Positions 10,282 to 16,957 of a DNA stretch of 21,834 bases are shown one piece after another (within the stretch, counting starts at the first letter, position 1; every line of letters starts with the position of its first letter). The stretch is from an uncultured Acidobacteriota bacterium (lineage in GTDB: Bacteria; Acidobacteriota; Thermoanaerobaculia; UBA5066; DATFVB01). The position numbers and the translations under genes were made by a program. The stretch lies in contig CAWEYG010000008.1 in NCBI GenBank assembly GCA_963813155.1, forward strand, positions 1-21,834. The letters are read 5' to 3'. The notes under the pieces are model-generated. The model saw nothing but the letters and a program-made list of their open reading frames with translations, was not told the DNA's origin and ran no database searches.

Positions 10282-10610
10282 AAACGAGGCTCGTGGTCGT
10301 CGTCGTGTTCGCTGTCCTGGCGGGGACATGGGCGTTCCTTCGAACTCGGGAAGCGCCCGTGCCGCGGAAAGAAACGCGCCCGGTGACGATTGCGACAGAT
10401 CTTTCCATCGTCGCGGGTTGCAGGATGGTGAGAAGAATCAATCTTTCCGGCAGAATTGGGACGGATGGAGTCGCGAAAGACGAGGCGGATCGCGACGCCA
10501 ACCTCGAAGCGATCGCCGCGGATGCCGGCGGCGACACCGTGCTGATTCTCGAGAGAACACCGAACTTCGTTCGAGGGACGATCTATCGATGCGGAGCCCC
10601 GGCGCATTGA
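10278..10610 (+). CDS. Small exported protein, DUF4156-like
   Basis: ATGA overlap, signal anchor, and the pattern VAGC..LEAIAADAGGDTVLI..GTIYRC with two Cys. Confidence 0.65.
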   Translation: MKTRLVVVVVFAVLAGTWAFLRTREAPVPRKETRPVTIATDLSIVAGCRMVRRINLSGRIGTDGVAKDEADRDANLEAIAADAGGDTVLILERTPNFVRGTIYRCGAPAH

Positions 10611-10618
10611 CCCGCCCG

Positions 10619-10637
10619 CGACCTCGCCGAGCGAGCC
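10619..10637 (+). repeat. 19-bp motif CGACCTCGCCGAGCGAGCC, copy 1 of 3
   Basis: Identical copies at 11780-11798 and 12584-12602. Confidence 0.9.
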
Positions 10638-10644
10638 AGCATTC

Positions 10645-10665
10645 CATGGCATAATTCATGGCATG
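10645..10665 (+). promoter_or_regulatory. Extended -10 promoter and putative RHH operator
   Basis: TGgCATAAT (10647-10655) lies 7 nt before the ATG, with no SD. CATGGCAT occurs twice across the promoter and start. Confidence 0.55.
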
Positions 10666-10923
10666 AAACGTGCCCTTCGGAATTTCCACCTGCCCCTTCC
10701 TGCCCCGATATACGACGAGCTGCGGGAAGAGGCCGAACGCGAGGGACGCCCCGCGACGAGCCTCGCCCGCGAGGCGATCGAAGCCTGGCTGGCGCTCCGC
10801 CGCAAGATGGAGCTCCAGGAAGAGATCGCCGCATACGCTGCGGATCGTCGAGGGACCGAGGCCGACCTCGATCGGCCGCTCGAGCGCGCGGCCGTCCGGC
10901 ACCTTCGAAAGGGGCGGCGGTGA
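10663..10923 (+). CDS. Ribbon-helix-helix (CopG-like) antitoxin
   Basis: NFHLPLPAPIYDELREEAEREGRPATSLAREAIEAWL fits the RHH pattern, followed by an acidic tail. It sits directly upstream of the MazF-like toxin. Confidence 0.8.
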   Translation: MKRALRNFHLPLPAPIYDELREEAEREGRPATSLAREAIEAWLALRRKMELQEEIAAYAADRRGTEADLDRPLERAAVRHLRKGRR

Positions 10924-10933
10924 GGCTGCGGGC

Positions 10934-11278
10934 TTGAAGCGGGGCGACGTTTTCTGGGCGGATCTCGAGCCGCGATCGGGATCGGAGCAGCGCGGCCGGC
11001 GTCCCGTCGTCGTCGTCTCGCATGACGCTTTCAACGAAACGTCCGGATGGCAGTCGGTGATCGTCGTTCCGCTCTCCACCTCGCCGGCTCAGGCCGGCCG
11101 CGGGCCGACGGCCGTTCCCGTTCCCGCGGGCGCCGGGGGGCTCAAACGGGCCGGCGTCGCGCTCTGCCACCAGGTGACAACCCTGGACCGGGCGAAGCTC
11201 ACGGAACGCGTCGGGACGCTTTCGGAGAATGCGCTCGAAGCCCTCAGCGCGGGCCTCGCGGCCGCGCTGTCGTTGTAG
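10934..11278 (+). CDS. mazF: PemK/MazF family toxin
   Basis: KRGDVFWADLEPRSGSEQRGRRPVVVVS, VIVVPLST and ALCHQVTTLDRAKL. TTG start is inferred. Confidence 0.92.
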   Translation: MKRGDVFWADLEPRSGSEQRGRRPVVVVSHDAFNETSGWQSVIVVPLSTSPAQAGRGPTAVPVPAGAGGLKRAGVALCHQVTTLDRAKLTERVGTLSENALEALSAGLAAALSL

Positions 11279-11280
11279 GG

Positions 11281-11608
11281 GCTTCGCTCGATCCGCCCGA
11301 GCCTAGCGCCATCGCAGGCGTGCGAGCGGGTCCTGTCGCGGGACTCGCTCCTCTTTTCCGCTCGCCGCGAGCCTGACGACTTTGCTACACCGGCGTTGCG
11401 AACGGCAAAAGGGAGTCTCGCCCCGCGCCACCCGCCCTTCTGGCGCCGGCGCCTTTGGCCCGGACTCGCGCGAACCTTCGCTCAGGGCTTGGGCCCCAAC
11501 ACCCGCGAGCGAGGCCGGGAGCTGCCCGATGGGGCTGGGCCGCGGGGCGCGGTCGCCTCCCGCTGCGGCGAGGGATGTGGTCGCGAGAGAGGGAATCGGT
11601 TGTCTGAG
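11281..11608 (+). repeat. Structured intergenic repeat, copy A
   Basis: Colinear blocks shared with 12850-13240: gcttcgctc..gagcctagc, ggtcctgtc, cttttccgctcgc, gactttgctac, cggcaaaaggg, ctttggcccggactc, accttcgctcaggg, acacccgcgagcga, gagggaatcgg and ttgtctgag. Confidence 0.9.
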
Positions 11609-11779
11609 GCGCCGTCTCGTGCGCCGACCCAAGGTGGAGGCTCGAAGACCGACGAGTGCGAAACCGCGAGGACCTACCCTGTTCACACCGCAGCGGTCGG
11701 CGCAAGGCGACGAGTTCCGATTCCCGATGGAGCGAGCCACATGCCGAAGCGTGAGGCAACCCGCGCGGGGCTTTCGCCT

Positions 11780-11798
11780 CGACCTCGCCGAGCGAGCC
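11780..11798 (+). repeat. 19-bp motif, copy 2 of 3
   Basis: CGACCTCGCCGAGCGAGCC exact match. Confidence 0.9.
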
Positions 11799-11812
11799 TC
11801 GCGCGATGGCTG

Positions 11813-11855
11813 GTGGGATATCCCACTTGACTCATATCCCACTCAGCGCGAGAAT
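11813..11855 (+). promoter_or_regulatory. Sigma70 promoter with palindromic operator
   Basis: TTGACT (11827-32), 17 nt, GAGAAT (11850-55), with the ATG 6 nt later. Perfect palindrome GTGGGATATCCCAC (11813-26) and a half-site ATATCCCAC (11834-42). Confidence 0.75.
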
Positions 11856-11861
11856 CGCTTC

Positions 11862-12158
11862 ATGAGCCAGGCCACTTCGTTCAAGTACGTCGCCCGGGTC
11901 CGCCCGGACTCGAAGGGACGCGTCACGCTCGGACGCCTGGGGAAAGACATCAGCAGTTATCGCGTGGCGGTGGATGGCGAGGGTCGAGTCCTTCTCGAGC
12001 CCTTCGTCGAAGTTCCCGCGCGCGAGCAATGGCTTTATGAAAACCCCGAGGCGTACTCGAGCGTCCGGCGGGGTCTTGCCCAGGCGGGGAAGGGTGAAAC
12101 GGCTTCGCTCGGCTCGTTCGCCAGGCCCGCACCGAAGGCGCGCAAGCCCCGCAAGTGA
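11862..12158 (+). CDS. AbrB/MazE-like antitoxin
   Basis: RPDSKGRVTL..DGEGRVLLEP swapped-hairpin pattern and EQWLYENPEAYSSVRRGLAQA tail. GTGA overlap with the toxin. Confidence 0.75.
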   Translation: MSQATSFKYVARVRPDSKGRVTLGRLGKDISSYRVAVDGEGRVLLEPFVEVPAREQWLYENPEAYSSVRRGLAQAGKGETASLGSFARPAPKARKPRK

Positions 12159-12451
12159 CCTTTCGCCTTCAGTTCACGAAGGAAGCGAAAGAGAACCTTC
12201 GCAAACTCGAGTCGGACGGCGGACTCTCCAAGCGCCTCAAGGCGGTGAGAAAGGCTCTCGGTCTCCTCGAATCGAACCCGCGCCACCCGGGGCTTCGGAC
12301 TCACGAGTTCACGTCGCTTCCCGGGCCCCGTGGAGAAAGGGTCTTCGAGGCCTACGCAGAGCAGGCGACTCCCGCTGCTTACAGGATCTTCTGGATTTAC
12401 GGCCCCGGAAAGGGTGAGATCACGATAGTCGCGATTACCCCGCACCCCTGA
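12155..12451 (+). CDS. RelE/ParE superfamily toxin
   Basis: FRLQFTKEAKENLRKL, NPRHPGLRTH, YRIFWIYG and ITIVAITPHP. 98 aa and basic. Confidence 0.75.
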   Translation: MTFRLQFTKEAKENLRKLESDGGLSKRLKAVRKALGLLESNPRHPGLRTHEFTSLPGPRGERVFEAYAEQATPAAYRIFWIYGPGKGEITIVAITPHP

Positions 12452-12602
12452 GAACCTGCTCCGGGGTCGGGCTCCAACACCCGCGAGCGAAGACCTGGGA
12501 GCGGCGTGGGTGTTCAGGCGGGGCGCCGGTGCCTCCCGCTCCTGCGGCGAGGGAGGTACTGGCGCCCCGCCTGGTTCCTCCCGCGACCTCGCCGAGCGAG
12601 CC
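12452..12602 (+). repeat. Partial structured repeat, copy C, ending in 19-bp motif copy 3
   Basis: gaacct..gctc..ccaacacccgcgagcga..gcggggcgc..gcctcccgct..gcggcgaggga aligns to about 11472-11575. It contains a 23-bp stem at 12515-12537/12551-12573. Confidence 0.8.
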
Positions 12603-12636
12603 TTACCGCCCCAACGCGCTCGGCTAAAATACTCCG

Positions 12637-12843
12637 ATGTCCTCCACCCCTCCTCCGACCTGCTCCGACTGCGCGAAAGGCGGAGTCGTGTACCTGTTCG
12701 AGGGCAACCCCTATTGCCCCTCGTGCCTCGCAAAGCGGCGCCCCCCTCTGTCGCACCAGGGCGTCGAGAGAAGGAAATCGCAGAAGGCCGGCCTGTGGCG
12801 GCGCCGCGAGACGGACTCCGTGAAAAAACCGGGCGGCGCGTAA
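12637..12843 (+). CDS. Putative CxxC-CxxC zinc-binding microprotein (68 aa)
   Basis: CSDC-x14-CPSC followed by a basic tail. TAAAAT lies 6 nt upstream of the ATG, and the ORF fits between repeat copies C and B. Confidence 0.55.
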   Translation: MSSTPPPTCSDCAKGGVVYLFEGNPYCPSCLAKRRPPLSHQGVERRKSQKAGLWRRRETDSVKKPGGA

Positions 12844-12849
12844 GGTTGA

Positions 12850-13240
12850 GCTTCGCTCAGTCCGCTCGAGCCTAGCCCCAGCGCCGGCGAGCGAGCGTTG
12901 ACGCCGTGCTTGAGCGCCGGAGAGATTGCTCGGGCGGCGAGGGTCCTGTCATGGGAGTCGCCCCGCTTTTCCGCTCGCTGCAAATTTGAGGACTTTGCTA
13001 CGACTCCGCGCCGCGAGCGGCAAAAGGGGGTCTCCTCCCATGCCACCCTCCGACCCTCGCACGTCGGCATCCGGGACCCCCCTCCGACGCTCGCACCAAG
13101 GCGTCTTTGGCCCGGACTCTCGCGGACCTTCGCTCAGGGGGTTGGGCCCCCACACCCGCGAGCGAAGGCCGGGAGCGGAGTGGGGCCTGCTCAGCGCGCG
13201 ACGCTGGCTGTCGCGAGTGAGGGAATCGGCCTTGTCTGAG
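12850..13240 (+). repeat. Structured intergenic repeat, copy B
   Basis: Colinear with copy A, with extra inserts near 12898-12940 and 13051-13098. Confidence 0.9.
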
Positions 13241-13249
13241 CTGGAGTTC

Positions 13250-13278
13250 TTGACTGTATGTATCCCATGAGATACAGT
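13250..13278 (+). promoter_or_regulatory. Sigma70 promoter with inverted-repeat operator
   Basis: TTGACT (13250-55), 17 nt, TACAGT (13273-78), with the GTG 5 nt later. Inverted repeats ACTGTAT/ATACAGT and TGTATC/GATACA. Confidence 0.75.
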
Positions 13279-13283
13279 ACGCC

Positions 13284-13574
13284 GTGATTGAGATCCGGCA
13301 GACGGATCTCTACGCCCGCTGGTTCGAAGGGCTTCGCGATGTCCGGGCGAAGGCAAGGATTCTGGTCCGAGTCCGTCGTCTCTCGCTCGGCAATCCCGGA
13401 GACGTCCGGCCGGTAGGCGAAGGGGTATCGGAGATGCGCATCGATTACGGTCCCGGCTACCGCGTGTACTTCACCTCGCGCGGCGAACGGATCGTCATTC
13501 TCCTCGCCGGAGGCGACAAGGCGAGTCAGACCAGCGACATTGAGACTGCTCGCGACCTGGCCCGATTCCTATAG
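13284..13574 (+). CDS. RelE/HigB-type addiction module killer protein (HI1419-like)
   Basis: RLSLGNPGDVRPVGEGVSEMRIDYGPGYRVYF and ILLAGGDKASQTSDI. Confidence 0.92.
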   Translation: MIEIRQTDLYARWFEGLRDVRAKARILVRVRRLSLGNPGDVRPVGEGVSEMRIDYGPGYRVYFTSRGERIVILLAGGDKASQTSDIETARDLARFL

Positions 13575-13583
13575 GGAGGCAGC

Positions 13584-13880
13584 ATGGCGAAGACAAAGAC
13601 GAGAGCGTGGGACGCCGCCGACCACCTGGGAAGCGAGGCGGAGATCACGGCGTACTTCGAGGCGGCGCTCGAAGACGGGGATCCCGCCGTCGTGACGGCC
13701 GCTCTGGGAGACATCGCCCGCGCCGTCGGTATGACGAAGATCGCCCACGACACCGGCCTCGGGCGCGAAAGCCTCTACAAGGCGCTGTCACCGGACGGAA
13801 ACCCTGAACTCGCCACAGTGCTCCGCGTCATCCGTGCCCTCGGCCTCCAGCTCCACGCAGCTCCGGCCAATAACCCCTGA
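13584..13880 (+). CDS. Addiction module antidote, HTH (HI1420-like)
   Basis: WDAADHL, ALGDIARAVGMTKIAHDTGLGRESLYKALSPDGNP and a GGAGG RBS. Confidence 0.92.
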   Translation: MAKTKTRAWDAADHLGSEAEITAYFEAALEDGDPAVVTAALGDIARAVGMTKIAHDTGLGRESLYKALSPDGNPELATVLRVIRALGLQLHAAPANNP

Positions 13881-13953
13881 GCGAAGCCCCGACGCGGCCG
13901 GGCCACCCTCGCCGGCACATGCTAAAATCGCCGGCAAAACAGAAGGAGCGAAA

Positions 13954-14421
13954 ATGGAAAAGCGTCTCGGAATCCTGCTTGGTACGGTTCTTCTGCTCGG
14001 CTTCTCCGCGACCGTGCTCGCGAAAGGCAAAGGGTCGAATCCTCAGTTCCCGGCGCCGGCTGCGGCGGGTTATTACGTCAACGGGTGCACGGGCGAGATC
14101 TTCATCGAATGGGAGCCGGTCGTCAGCAACGTCAACGGAAGCTCGCCGACGAAATACGCAATCCAGATTGTCCAGACACTCCGAAGCGGCTGCCCGGACG
14201 GCCCGATCGTCGGAACGAACGTCACGAATTTCACCGCTCCCGGCAACACCACGGAATTCGCCACGCCGCCCGGAACGCTCCAGATCTTCACGTTTCCCTT
14301 CGTCTGCGACCCGGATGACGTCGTCATCCTGGTCAAGGCCTTGAACCCGCCCAGCAAGTCGCAGAACAACCCGCAGGCGATCGCCGAATTCGAGGCGGTC
14401 GGCGGCGGGCCCTGCATCTGA
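13954..14421 (+). CDS. Secreted protein, possibly fibronectin type III-like (155 aa)
   Basis: GAAGGAG RBS, TGcTAAAAT at 13920-28, and a signal peptide ending VLA. IEWEP..KYAIQI..ILVKALN pattern with four Cys. Confidence 0.7.
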   Translation: MEKRLGILLGTVLLLGFSATVLAKGKGSNPQFPAPAAAGYYVNGCTGEIFIEWEPVVSNVNGSSPTKYAIQIVQTLRSGCPDGPIVGTNVTNFTAPGNTTEFATPPGTLQIFTFPFVCDPDDVVILVKALNPPSKSQNNPQAIAEFEAVGGGPCI

Positions 14422-14450
14422 CCGAACGACTCCCGGACCCGGTTTGACCT

Positions 14451-14483
14451 GCCCCCTTCGGCCCGCGCCGGAGGGGGCTTTTT
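14451..14483 (+). terminator. Rho-independent terminator
   Basis: Stem GCCCCCTTCGGC-ccgc-GCCGGAGGGGGC followed by TTTTT. Confidence 0.85.
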
Positions 14484-14550
14484 CGTGCCGGGCTTCTCCG
14501 CGTTTTCTCTGAGCGCTTCTCTCGCCAGCAGCGGCTGGCGGCGGGTGAGG

Positions 14551-14640
14551 GCATAGCGAAGGCGGATGCTTGCCGCGCCGTAGCCTGGGAATGAAGCGAC
14601 ATGTCGCGCCGAAGCTCGGGGAGCGAAGGCGGAAGGCGGG
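14551..14640. repeat. REP-like cluster (GCC G(A/T)AGC ... AGCGAAGGCGG type)
   Basis: AGCGAAGGCGGA occurs twice, alongside cgcgccgtagc and cgcgccgaagc. Confidence 0.45.
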
Positions 14641-14706
14641 TCCCCAAAGCTCCGGGGGCGCGATGGGTATGCCGAGGAGTTAGACTCGGCCATCAACCCA
14701 CGACGA

Positions 14707-14949
14707 ATGCTCTCGCGGCTGTTGGAAGGCCACAACCGGAATGTCGATTTCGCCGACTTTACGCGGCTGGTGGAGGCTTTTGGATTCCGGCTCGATCGAA
14801 CCCGCGGAAGCCATCACTTCTACGTTCACGTGAATGCACCGGAGGTGATGAACCTCCAATCGGTACAGGGTGAAGCGAAGCCGTACCAGATTCGCCAATT
14901 TCTAAAGCTCGTTGAGCGTTACAATCTCGCCTTGGAGGACCGGGAATGA
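14707..14949 (+). CDS. hicA: HicA family toxin
   Basis: FGFRLDRTRGSHHFYVH (GSH motif) and GEAKPYQIRQF. The start could be an in-frame ATC at 14692. Confidence 0.88.
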   Translation: MLSRLLEGHNRNVDFADFTRLVEAFGFRLDRTRGSHHFYVHVNAPEVMNLQSVQGEAKPYQIRQFLKLVERYNLALEDRE

Positions 14950-15167
14950 AGGACTACCACGTAAACGTGTTCTGGAGCGACGAAGACGGGTGCTACGTCG
15001 CGGACATTCCCGATCTCGTCGCTTGCTCGGCTTTTGGAGGCACTGCCCAGGAGGCCCTCGCGGAAGTGGAAAAAGCAAAGGAAGGTTGGCTCGAGACGGC
15101 GAAGGCCAACGGCAAACCGATTCCTGAGCCTCGCTACCGGCCGGCGATCTACCAGGTCGGGCGGTAG
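14946..15167 (+). CDS. hicB: HicB family antitoxin (short, no DNA-binding domain)
   Basis: YHVNVFWSDEDGCYVADIPDL..CSAFG..EAL..WLETAKANGKPIPEP, with an ATGA overlap. Confidence 0.9.
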   Translation: MKDYHVNVFWSDEDGCYVADIPDLVACSAFGGTAQEALAEVEKAKEGWLETAKANGKPIPEPRYRPAIYQVGR

Positions 15168-15182
15168 GAGTCGCTTCGCTCC

Positions 15183-15253
15183 TTCACGGCTTCACGAGTT
15201 TCACGTCTTCACGCCGGTGCCCCTCACGTCTTCACGCACTTCACGTCTTCACG
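15183..15253 (+). repeat. Array of eight (T/C)TCACG units, mostly 8-9 nt period
   Basis: Units at 15183, 15191, 15200, 15208, 15223, 15231, 15240 and 15248. Confidence 0.85.
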
Positions 15254-15494
15254 CCCGGAAATTCGCGCAATCGAGCAATCGCAAATCGAGCAATGTCTTC
15301 CATGTCCCCAAACCCCCGGAGGCGCGATGGGAAGAGGTCACGCCGAAGCACGACGGCGAGGCGGGGGCGGATGGGAAGGGATGGGAACCGTGGCTAAAAG
15401 GCTACCGGCTCGCGTCTGGTAGGATTTCGGCAACCGCAATGGAAACGATGCGACGGCGTTAATGGAATGAACGTCTCAGGGGCGCGGTGCTCGC

Positions 15495-16957
15495 ATGTTT
15501 GAACAGGCCTTCAGGAACATCGACGACGTCCTCCGGAAGGAGGCCGGGTGCACCACCGAGCTCGATTACACCGAGCAGACCTCGTGGCTGCTGTTCCTGA
15601 AATATCTCGACGGGCTCGAGCAGGACAAGGCCGACGAAGCCGAGCTTGACGGCAAGAAATACGCCTACATTCTCGACAAGCCCTATCGCTGGGAAACGTG
15701 GGCCGCGCCAAAGGGCAAGGACGGCAAGCTCGACCACAACAAGGCGCTGACCGGCGACGACCTCCGCGATTTCGTCAACCAGCAAGCTCTTTCCCTACCT
15801 GCACGGCTTCAAGCAGCGCGCCACCGGACCGAACACCATCGAATACAAGATCGGCGAGATCTTTGGCGAGATCAAGAACAAGATTCAGAGCGGCTACAAC
15901 CTGCGCGAGATCATCGACCACATCGACGAACTGCGCTTCCGCTCGCAGACCGAAAAGCACGAGCTCTCGCACCTCTACGAAGCCAAGATCAAGAACATGG
16001 GCAACGCCGGCCGCAACGGCGGCGAGTATTACACGCCGCGCCCGCTCATCCGCGCCATCATCCAGGTGGTCCAGCCGAAGATCGGCGAGCGCATCTACGA
16101 CGGTGCGTGCGGCTCGGCGGGCTTCTTGTGCGAATCGTTCGATTATCTTGAAGAGCCAAGCGGCAAGCTCACGACCAAGGACCTGACGACGCTTCAGACG
16201 CGCACCTTCTACGGCAAGGAAAAGAAGTCCCTCGCCTACGTCATCGCGATCATGAACATGATTCTGCATGGCATCGAAGCGCCGAACATCATCCACACCA
16301 ACACGCTCACGGAGAACCTCGCCGACATTCAGGAGAAGGACCGCTATGACGTCGTGCTGGCCAATCCGCCCTTCGGCGGCAAGGAGCGGCACCGAGGTGC
16401 AGCAGAACTTCCCCATCCGCACCGGCGAGACCGCGTTCCTGTTCCTCCAGCACTTCATCAAGATCCTGAAGGCCGGAGGGCGCGGCGGCATCGTCATCAA
16501 GAACACGTTTCTCTCGAACACCGACAACGCCTCCGTGAGCCTGCGCAAGCTGCTGCTGGAGAGCTGCAACCTGCACACCGTGCTCGACTGCCCCGGCGGC
16601 ACATTCCAGGGCGCGGGCGTGAAGACCGTGGTGCTCTTCTTCGAGAAGGGCACGCAAACGCGCAAGAGTCTGGTACTACCAGCTCGACCCCGGCCGCAAT
16701 CTGGGCAAGACCAATCCACTCAACGACGACGACCTCGCCGAGTTCGTGAAACTGCAAGAAGACCTTTGCCGACTCGCCCAAGAGCTGGAGCGTGGACGCC
16801 AAGAGCGATTGACCCGGCGACCTTCGATCTTTCCGTGAAGAACCCGAACGGCGGCGAGGAAGTCGCGCACCGCAGCCCGGAGGACATCATGGACGAGATC
16901 GCCGCGCTGGACGCCGAGAGCGCGGAAGTGCTGGGGAACATAAAGGCGTTGCTATGA
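15495..16957 (+). pseudogene. hsdM: Type I R-M N6-adenine methyltransferase subunit, five +1 frameshifts as sequenced
   Basis: GEYYTPR, IYDGACGSAGFL and LANPPFGG motifs. The frame shifts by +1 near 15783, 16390, 16667, 16757 and 16807. Confidence 0.88.

Noticed and set aside
11281-13240. Repeats as CRISPR array or canonical attC sites
   Set aside because: There is no constant repeat-spacer period and no cas genes. There are no RYYYAAC/GTTRRRY boxes and no intI.
11303-13356. ORFs spanning the repeats (11303-11842, the 5' extension from 11382, 12898-13239, 12926-13270)
   Set aside because: Their mutual peptide similarity comes from the DNA repeat. Indels between copies break frames, and the substitutions preserve pairing rather than codons.
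15268-15294. AATCGAGCAAT duplicated
   Set aside because: Only two short copies and no supportable function.
15495-16957. Programmed frameshifting or phase variation in hsdM
   Set aside because: The shift sites are not in homopolymers or slippery heptamers, and five events is implausible.
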